NCBI GenBank assembly: GCA_010405405.1
Contig: MU004233.1
Coordinates: 1,067,122-1,131,121 of the forward strand
DNA from: Microthyrium microscopicum
Lineage: Eukaryota
Direction: 5' to 3'
DNA: 64,000 nucleotides
In this document: positions 10,879 to 24,127 of the stretch, piece by piece
Position numbering within the stretch: position 1 is the first letter of the stretch
Layout: every line of letters begins with the position of its first letter
Program-made: the position numbers and the translations under genes
The notes under the pieces: generated by a model
The model's database searches: none
Told to the model about the DNA's origin: nothing
The model's input: the letters and a program-made list of their open reading frames with translations, nothing else

Positions 10879-11604
10879 ATCGCTTCCAAGTTTTTTGAGG
10901 TTCGATATATGCCGTAGACAATAATATGGGGAGGAGAAAAAGTTCGAGTTGGACTTGGAGCTTGAACAAAAAAAGTGTTATCGATAACGCTAGCCATCTT
11001 TTATGCCGGGGTCAATTAGTAGCACACGAGCCAATGAGAATTCAGGAATTAATGCATTATGCAGCCTTGGCGGGGCACCCGTTTTGAGGCTCAACGCCAC
11101 ATGCATTTCTAGGCTTGGTTTCTCTCGTCACTTATATGTGCACAAGATAAAAATATCAAATGCATATGCGAGTATACGGCTGAAAGCGATTGCCACCAAT
11201 AGTGTACCATAACTGCAGCAAAATGAGAATGTGACAATGCAACGGATTACGACGTGTCGATGTAATGGAGGCGCGCTAGCTTCATCTAAAATGGAGGCAG
11301 TGCAAAACCACATCTTCAAGATCCGAGATGCCGCTTACTCCATCATACATAATACTTCTTCCGCCCCATTTCTCCCTATTACATTCAATCAGCTCCTAAT
11401 TCACGCCGTCCTCTCAGTTGACGAAAGTAATAGCTCAACTCTCGTCTCCTGAGACTCGCTACTTCTGAGACACCATCAGTCGCATACCTCAGCCTGAGCA
11501 CTCCGCAAACCAAACATCGCCACCGCGCAAAAGACATATCTCCACCAGAGTTTCCTATCACCAAAACCTCGCACCAACAAGTCCAATCTCCTCACATCTA
11601 CAAA

Positions 11605-12045
11605 ATGGCCTCCCAAACGCTCACAAAAAACGTACGTCCTCTCCAACCCCTCAGTCCCCCTCGAGTCGAAACTAACGCAGCACAGGACCCTCCACCCTAC
11701 CCCTCAGAGCCTAATAGAGCATACAACAACGGTTCCGCAGACGCCTACTACCAACAACAACCACAATACGGCGCCCCAGCCTACCCACCGCAACAACACT
11801 ACAACTCTCAATATCCGCAACAACAACCATACCCGCAACAAGGAGGCTACTATCCTCCCCAGCAGAACGGCGGCTATTATGGTCCACCGCAAGGTCAGCA
11901 GGGCATGTACTACCAGCAACAGCAACCACCGCCAGGCGGATACTATCAAGGGCAGCGCGGACGAGGTCGAGAAACGGCGATGACGGGAATATGCGCGGGA
12001 TTGTGTGCGAGTTTGTGTCTGTTGGATCTATGTCTGTTTTGCTAG
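11605..12045 (+). CDS. CYSTM-type (cysteine-rich tail-anchored) Pro/Gln/Tyr/Gly-rich small protein
   Basis: PQY/G-rich body and C-terminal GICAGLCASLCLLDLCLFC; likely in-frame 54-nt intron 11632-11685 (GTACGT..CTAAC..CAG). Confidence 0.8.
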   Translation: MASQTLTKNVRPLQPLSPPRVETNAAQDPPPYPSEPNRAYNNGSADAYYQQQPQYGAPAYPPQQHYNSQYPQQQPYPQQGGYYPPQQNGGYYGPPQGQQGMYYQQQQPPPGGYYQGQRGRGRETAMTGICAGLCASLCLLDLCLFC

Positions 12046-12545
12046 GCGATTGCGGACACAGTGACATTGGGCGTGAATGCGATGAGACCTGTGTAGTACA
12101 CTATTCTGGGGTTGAGTGCGTTTTTGGTGATGATTTGGGCTTGCTGGATGGCTCGTCGCTCTGGGAAAGCCGTTCTGGTGTCGACTAAGTTTGCGCCAAT
12201 GGCTTTGTAGGGTGTGAAGGCTGGAAATACCAACTTTTGTTGGGACAGGTTAGAGGATGAAAGGACTGATACTGCATACGGTTGGGGCGGGCAGATATTG
12301 TCCCATATTACGACGCTGGACGGGAGTTCTTTATGCTTACTTATCCAGAGGAGTCCTTATTCTTACTATATCTTAGGGGTCTTACAGCTTCGTCTGATGA
12401 AATGCATTGATTATGTATCTATAAATTTTGTAATGCTATGCCGTTGCGGCTCGTGACTAGACTGGAAGCTACCAGTTCTATACCAATGTATGTACTAGTA
12501 TGCACAAGATCTACTGCTCTTCTTCCGTGCTACCGTAAAAATGAA

Positions 12546-14710
12546 TTACATCTTTACGCGTTCCTTGGAAATGAACCCTAATGGCCCCTTTCCCTTGGGA
12601 AACGGGGTATCTATTCCAGGTACTCCAGGTGAAGCTGGCGGAGGTGCACCAGGAGCCGCTGGTGGAGCTGGAACTGCTGGTGGACCTGGAACTGCTGATG
12701 GACCTGGAACAGCTGGTGGTGATGCAGGCGCACCAGTTGCCTGCATAGCAAGCTGTTGTAGCTTTGGGAAATCTGGTGTACCGAAACCCGTCACAGGATC
12801 CTAGAAATCATCGTCAGTACAACACTCAAGCATATAAGGAGATAACCACATACCCATCCCTTCGCCGCCTGGAATCCTGCTCCATCACAGCCCTTCGAGC
12901 CACCACTCAGGATATCGTTGAATCCCTGGTATCCGACTTGATACAACCACGGATTCATGAAGCCGAGCTGCTTCTTGCCATTCGAGATCAAATAATCATT
13001 CAATAACGCAATAATGCCCGCCACCGCCGGCGTACTCGCACTCGTCCCGTCCAGAATAATATTCCGTCCATTCCACACTACGCTATAACTCTGCGCCTGC
13101 GCAGCAATATCCGGATAAGCGCGCCCACTCGTATTATACATTCCCTGATACGTAGCGCCCAAACTCTTGACATACGCATCGACCACAGCGCTCTGGTAGG
13201 ACGGGCGCGCAAAGTAGTTGCTGAATCCTCCACCGGAGGCAAAGTTGTTCTTTGGATCAAAGGCGGCGACTTCAGGGCCTACGTTCTTGGTGCCGCCGAC
13301 GACGGTCACGTAGGGACAGGAGGCGGGGAAGGCAGGGAGGAACATGTTGCTGTTTTTGCCATCGTTGGACTGGCAGGCGCCGTCGTTACCGACACCGTTG
13401 TCACCGCTCGCAAAGAGAATGGTTACGCCGCGGGCACCGAGTTGGGCGAAGCCTTGGCAGACGCGCTCGGCATAGTCGGCGGGGACGGTTTGTTCGTTGT
13501 CGCCGTAGCTGTTGGAGACTACGCCGGGAAGGTCCTTTTCGGTGGAGAGCATGTATTGGACCCATTCGAGGTAGGGCTCGTTGGAGTTGGTGCGGGTGAA
13601 GGCGTCGGGCTTGAAGGGGGGTGAACCGCCGGTGTTGTAGGCTTTTACGCGCATGGGGTAGACCATTGAGACGAGGGTTTGGCCGTCGAGATTGCCTTCT
13701 GCGTTCTGCTGCTTGGCGAGCTGGGCCATGGTCAGATTGGACTGGGTGTTTGTGCCACCGTTGATGAGCGTGAAGTTGATAGAGGCGCCAGCGGCTTCAG
13801 GACGGTATTGCGTGAGAAACGCTTTTAGGTCGCCGAGCATGGCAGTCTCATTGAGGTAGTTCGCAAAAGCTACATAGTTCTTGTCAGTGGCCTTGGGGAC
13901 GTAGTTGTTGGTCTTGTAGAGTTGGCGAAGACAGGCGGGCGTGATGGATTCTGGATCGCAGACTTTGTCCAGTGGCTGGTCGGCGAGACGGTCGTTCATT
14001 TGAAGGGAGTCGGCCGTGGATTTGAGGCTGACCTTGGGCATATCGGAGAGAGCTTGACCGTCTTCCAATACAGGCTTGAATGTTACCCGCTGTGGAGTCG
14101 CTTGCAGAAAGGAATTGGTTGGCTGAATAGAGGCAACGTGCTGGTGAAGCTCGGTTGGTAGAGAGTATTGTGGTGTGCGGATTACTTCTGTGCCATCTTC
14201 GTGTCTGAAGACTGAGTATTTTGTCTTCAGTAGTTTTTCGGCGTCGCATACTGAGATTGAAACTTTAACCCAGTCTTTTGCCGGTGTGTACTTCAACTTC
14301 TCGCTTGTATATCCATGCGACGCCAACCACTCGTGGAGAGAGTCTAGCGCGTGACCATGCGGCCGTGAGAGCTGAGTGACTTCATCTTGCGTGAGATGTT
14401 GGCCATACCGAGCATGGGATGGATCGGACACTACCAGAAGTTGTCAGTATGAGACACTTGGAAGTCCTCAATACGCGCTCATACCTTCATATAGATGTCT
14501 TTCTAACTCTCCCCATCCAGCCATCTTCATTCCAATGTTGAGGTTGAGTATCGCATCTGAGGGAGCCGGTCCAACCCTCGTCCATTTCCGCGGCGGATTG
14601 TGTAACTCCTTGACTGAATATTCATACTTTCTTGGCTGAACAGGTGTCGATTGCGCAATGCTAGACAATATCGCAACACCCGACACCAAGATACTCGAAA
14701 AATAAACCAT
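12546..14710 (-). CDS. Secreted sedolisin/tripeptidyl-peptidase (family S53), about 685 aa, 3 exons
   Basis: Signal peptide and prodomain (VSDPSHARYGQHLT), catalytic EGNLD, SGDNG, DGTSAS, and Ca-site GW|DPVTGFGTP; exons 14710-14485, 14430-12854, 12800-12546. Confidence 0.93.
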
Positions 14711-15871
14711 CTTAGCGATAATTAAAGGGCTCGATGAAGCCGAAGAAAGCTGAAGAATGTGCTCCTAGACCGGTTGTGTCCCTGGTGAAGTGGTTGTCGC
14801 GATGCTCAAAGCCTGAGGGATGGGAGTTATAATTGGTAAGCTGGAAGCTGCGAACAGCCCGATATGTAAAAAGAAAGAGCATACGGTTAAAGATCAGTGC
14901 TTTCCTAGATCGTCACTATCGATATACACCACACCTAGTTGCGAGGAACTTCGAGGGTTATCGGGCCATCTAAGCCATATCAAGCCAAGGGCCTGGCAGG
15001 GTATATTCTCAATGAACCCTTGCTGAAGGATTGAGCGAATGAGGCTCTTGATTGGAATAAAATATCAAGTTTATAGGGACGAGGGTTCCATAGAAGGGTT
15101 AAAACTTCCATGGTTTGGCAGCCTCTTGCGCAGTCTGGGCAGCAAACCGATGGCAATGCTTAGGCGCCTCCGCGACATACCAAGGCAATTCCCAAACGTG
15201 GTGACAAAACAAACATTTGAGATGTGCCGAATGACCCCTGCTGGCCCTTGGACTTGGAAACGCCCCAGAGCCAAGAGAGCGGCGCATTACGGCATTAATT
15301 TGAGCTTAATTGCTGCCATGGGCCGGAGTTATATTGGGCGGCGATGTTAAGGGTTTGGTCGGATTTGAAAGAACTGGAATCCAAATTCAGAGCCCTCGAA
15401 GATGTTCTTATTGCCAATTTGGATATATCTGTCGAACTCGATTGAAAGCACTGCTGCAAAATGGAGGTAGAACTCTCAAGATTTTAAAACAGGTTGGAAG
15501 CTGAAGTCGAAACATTTGGTGAACAAACCCCTGCATCGTGCAACACAGCATCAGGCTGAACCTCAGCCTTGCTGGCTTGGCATTCATGCAATTGACGGCA
15601 GTGAAGAAGTCTAGATCATGATTAGTGAGACGAACAAAACTATATAATGGTAAACAAGGTAGAAATGAAAAGCAATGTTGACCGTTATCATCTCTGAAGA
15701 ATATTCCGCGTCGTGTATGGTACTCAACAAAATTGATGGGACCACGCCAGCCAGTGTTCCAGATGGAAAAGATGGTAAAATTTACCTTTACTAATTTTTG
15801 AAGCATAATTTGGGAGCGTATAATAGTAGGACAAAACGACTTCCAAATATGTGGACTCTGAGAAGAGCTGT

Positions 15872-17348
15872 TTATCCAACGTTCTTATTCATGGGCTTCT
15901 TTTCATCAATATTCTTCTTCACCCAGGGTGGATACCCATCATCATCGAATTCAGCCCATTGAAAGTACGAGCACCCATCTTGGCCAGGGACGTAGTGAGC
16001 ATGACAGGTCCAAGTATACTTGCCTCGATTTTCCTTTCTCTTTCGCACAGATCTCAAAACGCATGGCACGTTGCACTTGCACCGCGGAGTATACTTTGGG
16101 TGTAGAAAGTCTTTGTAGCAGCGATAAGTGATGTTGAGTCGCTTGTTTCCCGCGATTGGATGAGGATTGATGACTTGAGCTGGTGCTATGCTGTGGTTCC
16201 ATTCTTCTTGCATTTCAGCATGCATAATAAGCAGGGAGTTGTGAGGTAGATGAATGGCTATTTGGCCTTCAGTATCTGCTCTGTCGGTTGTGGCTTTTGA
16301 AGCAGAAGTTGTCTCCTCATCTCGAGCGACGACTCTTCTCACTCGAAATTCTCGAGCAACACCAAGAGATAGGCTACCAATAATGGCTCGCGGGCCTAGA
16401 TATGTCAATTGATCGGCGTGGTATCCAACACTGCTGGGTGTTAACAAATGCATCCAGCGCTATGGCAGTTGAGCGTACCTCTCTTGAGGTCCATCATAAC
16501 AGTTGACAAATGAACAATTCGGAAGCCACTCATCTGGAGACTGGTATTTGAGCTTTTCTCCATTCGGATAGAATTCTTTGATGCGACGCTGAACCTCTCG
16601 ATTTACCGTCTCTTTGACTTTGGCTGACACCTTCAACATCTCTGGCAGACTTTTGCGAACATCCTGACGAAGGTTAAATAAATCAAGAAAGCTGAATCGG
16701 TGCCTGATACCTCTATCTTCGAGCCATCATAGACATACTCAGTCTTTTGCTTCTCAGCCTCATCCCAAGAATCAACATAGAATCTATTCCAGATTAGAAG
16801 ATCTCTCTCCAAATCTCCTGCCAAACTCACCGCATTGTATGAGGGCTCTCCACCACCCTATCAAACAGCTTAAAAGTCGACTTCTCATAAGTACACGACT
16901 CTGGAAGCAACTCCCTCAACAGCGCCTCAGCCTCCTGAGCCGGCAAAAAATTGTGAATGATGGTACATGGCGTATGCTCCTCAATATCCTCTGGTGTATA
17001 CAAATGCAAAGTCTTTCCCCTCCTAGTCAAAGGCACTTTTCGACGACCAGACTCGTTTCCTGAGGTTATACTAAAATCCGAGAGCGACGACTGATTTCCC
17101 AGCGCTGATGACTTGATGCGTTTTCTAGGGTCTGCCAGGCGTCCATTTTGTTTCAGCAAATCTGAAGCATACTCAACAGAGCCTTCGGCCGCTAGAAGCG
17201 CTTCCAACAGATCGCTCGCTTCGGCCGCGGGGTGCAGAGATGAGAGGACGGCAAGTTTGAAGTCTGTAGAGTCTTCCGGCTGTTCCACAGCCGATGGAGT
17301 AGGTTCTACCTCCACGCGTCTTCTCTTTCGTAATATGAATGAGTCCAT
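15872..17348 (-). CDS. AlkB-family 2OG-Fe(II) dioxygenase with N-terminal CUE-like domain and C-terminal GRF zinc finger (about 444 aa, 4 exons)
   Basis: Exons 17348-16831, 16783-16711, 16663-16479, 16430-15872; SVGYHAD...WNHSI...RLNITYR Fe/2OG motifs; PRCKC...NRGKYTWTC...GCSYFQW. Confidence 0.88.
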
Positions 17349-17987
17349 AAAAAGTTCATATGCTGGTAGGAAGATATGGAGGTGATGAAGAAGTTGGTAG
17401 AAGACGCGATGGGTTGTCGCGAGAAGGTCACCATATCACGTGCAGATCATTTCCAACATTGAATCAATGGCCGATTAGAATCTTATCATATGCATTTTGA
17501 ATTACATTCGAAGTAGATGCATAGATAAATCTTTCGATTTTGAAATCGGTTCAATAAGGCGGTGAGCCAAATAATATCTTGAAAAAGGTCACGTACTCGA
17601 ATCGGAATTGAACGCGGAGCCTCACAGCTCGGTTCCGACAACCAAAAGAGGAAACTGACGATAGTTCAAGTTAACAAAAAATACACTCCTAGCTCAAGAG
17701 CTAGAAGTGTAATAAAAGCCTCTTTTCGGCTTTTTCCCTATGATACCTGAATCAGTCATCCACAAACGTGTGGTGATTCATCAGGTAATTGACCCAGTTG
17801 ATGACAAAGAGGCATTATTTTTTAACCTCAATATTGAGACCACTGGGCCTCCTGTTTGTTAGTAACGAACAAATGTTCCGCAGTTTTGGTATATATAGTG
17901 CACTCCCCAACGTGATTGTGTGAAAATAAATCAACCTGGTTTTATACTTGAGCATATTTTCCTTTCACGAAGCACTTAAAATAAAAA

Positions 17988-18012
17988 AAAGTCATAAAGT
18001 CATAAAGTCATA
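17988..18012. repeat. Short tandem repeat (AAAGTCAT)x3
   Basis: AAAGTCATAAAGTCATAAAGTCATA downstream of the second Zn2Cys6 gene. Confidence 0.7.
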
Positions 18013-18110
18013 ATATTTTGCAACAATACTAGCTACAAATCTTTGCTTAGTTACAGGGAGCGTCGTCGTAACAACCCCAACGCCAAACCTCATCCCATGG
18101 CGAGCTAGCA

Positions 18111-20594
18111 CTAGTTTTGCGGAGGATACTGATATGGGTCGAATTGTATATTGGACAAGGGATCATATTGTAAAATGGCATTCGGGTCATACAGCCATGA
18201 AGGATCTGTGGCCATGGCGTTGAGATCGAAATGATAGTTGTCAAAGCCTACGATCTGCTCAATTCCTCCAATATCAATGTTCGCAATGCTGGGATTTGCG
18301 AAATCAAAGGATGGGTTGAAGGCAGGGTCTTGCACCATTGTAGGCACAGTGTACTGCTCAGGCAATACCGGTGGGAGAAGCTCGGTCTGGAAATGTTTCT
18401 CAAAGTCTGAGATGGGCCCATTCTCCTCAATAGTAGTGGGTTGTGCCCAGGCAGCAGGTTGGGCGGCTTCGGCGAGATCATTGGTGCTTGCCACGGTGTA
18501 CTCACTTCCAGCGCTTGCATCGCCACTATTGGTACGTGTGCTAGTACGACCAGAGGTTGGTACCGAATCATCACTGCTTGCGTGAATGGTTGGAGGGGTG
18601 TCATCTGAAGGGGGAGAAGTCTTCGTAGGTGGAGAAGTTTTCACAGCTGGGGAGACAGTATCTTCCTTTCGTCTTCGCTTGGACACCATGTTGTCTGAAT
18701 AGACCTTTTCTCCAGGTTTGAGTTTAAGTCGGCTAACCAATCTCTGGAGAAACTTGTAAGCATTGTTTCCGGACTGGGTAGTTTCGCCAATGGTATGGAA
18801 TTTGTCTAGCAGATCTTCCAGTGCAGAAAGCATGTCTTGACGACGCGGTAGAGAGAAATCCTTGTCATGGAATATTGCAGAGCAGAACAGCAGAGCAACG
18901 TCAAAGAACAAGAACGAGACCAAATGAAATTTGGTGCTAATTGGATGCTCGAAGTTGTAGAGTTTTTTGGTTGCCTCGTGCAAATTCAAAGCACAATTGA
19001 TTCCTTTGGCACGGAACTCTTGCTCTATAGAATCTGCGTCCCTGGGAAGGTCTCTGGTGAGGAATGTTTTGAACGAATCCATCTTCAGCATCCAGGCACA
19101 CGCATGCAATTGCAGCCTCTGGAGGATAAGATAAGGGAATTCTTTGTCCCATTTCAGTTCTGGGTTAGCCATGCTGTATGCCGGGGGAAGTGAATCCATC
19201 CATTTCTGAATGTCGAACTGTAGGATATGGACTCTTTCTATGGGCGGCGTGTCTCCAAAGTTTCTGAATCTTGCTGATAGTGTCTGAATCAGAGCAGCTT
19301 GAAGTGCCATATGCGTGAATGGTGAGGGTAGTCCAGGACGGTTTGGCTTCTGCTCAAGCTTCAGGGTTGGAAGCTCTAGATTACACGTGGAGTGATCAAT
19401 GATAAGAGGACGATTGAGCCAGGCCGACATTTGCCAATCCCAAATGTAAAGAGTGCACCAAAGTCGTTTTCTCATTTCAGACTCGAATTCATCAAGATTT
19501 TGGGCATCGACGCCGTTGTGTATGCCTTACAATGATATTAGCCTTGAGTGTTGAAGCGGATACGACTTACCAAGTTCTTGAGCGGCTCTCACTCCTTCAC
19601 CAACGGCATGCCATGTCTCTAGCGGTTCGCCCTCGGCTTTGTACCAGGATGCCTTGAGCATGAGCTGCTGTACTCTCTGAAGAGTGCAAGTTGAGGGCGT
19701 TAACTGGGCGCTCAGCTTGTCCGCAGCGTCAAAGTACCTTTTACCGATGTTCTCATAGTTTTGAGCAAACTCGTACTCAATCTTCTCTCGAAGAGTGTCA
19801 CTCAGATGCTGAGTGGAAACAGCACAAAGTCGAAGCAAGAGGCAGGTAAAGTCTGGTGACAAAGCTTGATGCGTCTGTCTACCATCCCACCAAGTACTAT
19901 AAGCCTTGGTAAAGGTCGGTGGATAGATCCAATAGTAACGATAATTGGCAGAATAGAGATAATTTTGGACGAGAAGATCTAGACCGGTTAGCTTGTACAA
20001 GGAGAGCCGGAGTCTACTCCGTACCAGTGATTGTCCTTGTTGGAATATTCTTTAGCTGGTCCTCGATTTCATCTGCTTGTATGAAAGTATTTGGCTTGGA
20101 TACCCCATCTTCCTGCAAGACGTTAGTGCTCAACCTCTTTGAAGACACTGACAACCTACGCCGTTGACTACTGACTCCATTTCGAACAACTTGTTGTCAG
20201 ACATGTAGCCCCATGAGACCAGGCCAGTCTTCTCTTCCACCAAAGTATCAGAACTCTGGCCTGAATACTCTGATTCTTCGGCATTAGATCTTTTACGACT
20301 AACAGCAGCGCTGGAGGTAACAAATCAGCCTAATAATGAAGTTTGTTATGATTGTTCTACACACCGGATGCCTTCATCCGTCAAGTCCGAGACATTTTTT
20401 CTCTCCCCAAATTGGCAGAGGTGGGGGACTTTACGTCCAAGGCACTGCTGACAGGGCCATTCTCGACTGCACTGATAGTCGAGGTGGTTAGCATCATATT
20501 AATATGAAGAGAAAGGAAATACCTTTTGTTTCCTGCGTTGGCACTCCTTACATGAAGGCGCCTGTGTGGCAAGCTTTGTCTTTGCTTGCACCAT
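18111..20594 (-). CDS. Zn(II)2Cys6 transcription factor with a fungal-specific TF domain, multi-exon
   Basis: Exon 1 20594-20523 MVQAKTKLATQAPSCKECQRRKQK joins CSREWPCQQCLGRKVPHLCQFG; later exons give AVRAAQELG and EMRKRLWCTLYIWDWQMSAWLNRP. Confidence 0.88.
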
Positions 20595-20851
20595 CGTCAA
20601 ATACGATGAGACTCCTTATCACACGACTAGAACCGCGAGGAGGATATCTGCAAGTTCAGACATGGAGTGGGAAAGAAGGCAGGTATAGATTTTTGTATTT
20701 AAAGGGAGTATTTGATGGCGTGAGCAATGCTGGAGCGGCACTGCGGCAGGTGGCCTTTGTGCTGATTAGTCTTGTCCTAAACTCCCAATCACAGCAACTC
20801 CTCTAAGAATAGGGCCGTCTCTTTGCAGGAGGGGTCCACAGGGTCCTGCTG

Positions 20852-23610
20852 CAGGATCAGTTTCCACTCCCCCCTCCCAGAGGCCCCCCCTATCCAGAGG
20901 CCCCCCCAGCCACGCCAAAGGGCTTCAAGCCCAAGCTTTTAGTAGCAACGCCACCAAAAGCCTAGAATTAAAGCCTTCCAAGTCGGCATACTAATAGATC
21001 TATATTTACGCTTTATAGACGCAAGATTTAGCATCTAAAACGCATTTAGAACGCGTTAGTGAAGTAAAGATAAAGAAGACTTATAGATTCCATAGTTTTA
21101 TAAGTAATCACACTACTAGATTAGTTTTAAAGAGCCAAAGGCAATATAAATAAGATATTAAGATTCCTATTAGTCTTATTAGTTCACTAAAGCATCAATT
21201 TTGCCTTAAATTCTTTAAAAATACTACCCTAAGATAGCCAAAATATTAACACACTTAGTATTAAATTAGGTATTTAAATCAAAAGATAAAATACATACCG
21301 CTATAAAGAAGTTTACTATTTTGAAGCGCTTCTAATTAGGTACGATCAATACTAATAAGAAGAAGTATAAAATACGCTATAATTAAGCAAAAGGACGCCT
21401 TAAAGAGTACCCTTAGCGTACTAAATCTATCTTATAGGTAAATAGTAATAGCACTATAACCTAACAAATTAGTATACTTAATCCTAATAATATTTATACC
21501 TATAGAGAGCTTCCTCTACTACTATAATTAATTAGCTTGTAGGTAAAAACCATCATCGCCATACTTACTAAAGTAGAGAGTACTATCTTATTTCAAACGC
21601 TAGTTACTAATATATAAAATATACTTCAACGCGCAATAGAGTATAAACTAAGCGCTTAACAAATCTATAAGACTAAAAGGAAGCTATTTAAGAGGTTAAC
21701 TAACAACTTCTTAGATTCTTACCTTTAGTTTCCTTCTTATATTTAACGCTTAAAGAAGGCCAATCCCAACATGTTTATAAAGGTTAATTTAGTAAAGAAA
21801 GAGTAGTATAGACACGTATTTATCTACCCGCGCGTTAGTTAAACTTTATAAGAATATATACTTAAAATTATCTATTTAGACGCGTGCTATTATAAAGAAG
21901 ACTATAACTTACGTCTTATAATAGCTATAGGTATTAACGATAATAAGGAATTATTAATTTATACATAGGTAGTATTTAAAAGTAAATTAAACGAGTCTTA
22001 GAAGTAGTTCTATAGGTGCTTAGATAAAGCGATGCTAGGGATTAAGATTAGTAAAGAAGAAGGTAAAAAATATTTCTATTTACCTAAGGATCTTCCTATT
22101 AGCCTATTAGCTAGAATATCAAATATTCTAGCCCTTAGCAGCCTTAGCATATCCTATTAAACGTATTAAATATTATAACATTACAATCCTATAGCACTTT
22201 CTATACTTTTACATCTTTTTACTTTATCTAATTTACCCTATTTTTAGTACCTTATTCTACAATTCTTTTAGATTACGATAAAGGCCTTCAAAATACTATC
22301 CCTAAGATATTCAAAAATGCTAATTCTAAGTAGTGTGCATACTACCTATCCAAAAATCTTGCCAAAGTAGTTAGAATAACTAGAAGTAAACACTTTTTAA
22401 TATATATAAGCTATACCTCCTAAAATTAGTTCAACTTCTTCTTACAATAAGATTATTAGACCTACAGGCGTAAATTCTAGTTAATAATTAAATCCTATTC
22501 TCCTAAATAATAGGTACTTAAAGATTTTAAAAGTCTACAATATAGTATAATAACTTTAAACTATGTTAAATCTACTAATGCTACTATACTTCTTACGAAA
22601 GAGAATTACCCTCTTTTTATACTTAACGCTATTTAGAACTACATTATATAAAAGCGTATAAATTAAACCTATGCCGTTACCCTCTCCCTTAAGCGTTTAT
22701 TAACCTGCTATGTAATTTTATACTAGGCCCTTACATTACGTATATAAGACCTATTTTAAGAACATCTTAAGTTAAATAAGAAGTAATTCCTATCGTATAT
22801 AGTTAATTCCTAGGGTAATAGTAATAGCAACGTCTCTAAAGCTTTAGCTATTATTAGAATACGTAGAGAAGATTAGAATAACTTAAAGGATTATTGTATA
22901 GATCTTTATACTTATTCCTATAGCTATTTATGCTAGCAGAATAAGTTATTTCCCTACCTATACGTTGTAGTTGTTATTTAATATTTACGTAGAGATCCTA
23001 TAAAGTTTATAAATAGAATCTACTTCCTACGGACTATTAAGAAGTACTATCTCAACTTTAAAGAAAGTAAAGAAGATATAATTAATTGTACTATAAGTCC
23101 TATCTTAGTTCTTAACCTTAAATTTAACCCTAATCCCTCTCTTCTATCCCCTAAAATACTCAAAATTAAGACTTAGGGACTAAAATAAAAGAAGAGGAAG
23201 CTCGTTAGTAGTATTTATACTATACTTAAAAACGTTAACCAAAAGTATAGTTCCTATAGTAAGAAAGGACATAATTCTTAAGTCTATAAGATCTAGTAAT
23301 CACGCATATTTTAGTAAGTAAAGTTAGGTATCTTTAAGCTTTATTTAACACCCTTTTTAATAGAAATTAATATATTTTCAATACCAAATCTAAGGTCATA
23401 ATATAATCCTAAAGGATCCACATCCCTTCCTCTAGAGGCCCTCTAAATCGGCATCCAATTCAATACTAACTAATAACGCTATTACTAAAGCCAGCTTTTG
23501 TGTAGCGTCTCTACACAAAAGATAGCTTTAGCCATGGCGCATCAGGATCCCTAAAGGGGGGTCTCTAGATAGGGGGGGCCTCTGGGAGGGGGGAGTGGAA
23601 ACTTCTCCTG
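20852..23610 (+). mobile_element. RIP-inactivated Mutator-like (MULE) DNA transposon, 2759 bp
   Basis: TIRs CAGGAtcAGTTTCCACTCCCCCCTCCCAGAGGCCCCCCCTATC at both ends; 10-bp TSD GGTCCTGCTG at 20842-20851 and 23611-23620; degenerate transposase motifs IxLDAC (about 21870) and DxDKGL (about 22271); TpA-rich interior without ORFs. Confidence 0.9.
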
Positions 23611-24127
23611 GGTCCTGCTGTGTTACGGACTGAGCCGCCAGTAGGGGAAAAAGCAACTAAGTACACATGTACAAGGGTAAAAACGTAGCTGATTAGCAAA
23701 GAATCGACCGTTACTTACAGGAGGCAAAGAGGCTAGATGCCCATGCCTCGACTTGGGTTGACCAACCATGAAAAGTGCCAGACCAGAAAAAGGCCTCTTC
23801 AACGTCGATCGCCGATTTCGATTCCATCCAAAATCCGAGCAACTGGTCACTTTGATGCTCTCTCCCACTGACTGTTTCTTCGAAGAAACATGGCATGTTC
23901 TGGAAATCAAGTGGGTTCAAGCTGAACGTATGCTCCAATCTTTGCTCATATTTGAGTTCACCCAGGCCAAGTTTGGTGGAGCGATGGCGACTTTTGGATA
24001 GACAACCGTCGTAAGTTTGAAGGACTCAGGATTCAGTCGACTGAGACTTATTGCATAAATAATAATGAATGTGGCATTCCAACGTGCTTCAGATAGGTCA
24101 GTTCACACAGCTTGCCAAGGCCTACAT

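Noticed and set aside
7262..10917. Antisense and alternate-frame ORFs overlapping RPA135 (likewise over GCD6, the sedolisin and the PH-domain gene)
   Set aside because: Shadow ORFs expected from the codon bias of the real genes
15039..15806. Short ORFs between the sedolisin and AlkB genes (for example 15408-15806)
   Set aside because: No recognisable motif or consistent exon structure; probably intergenic or UTR sequence
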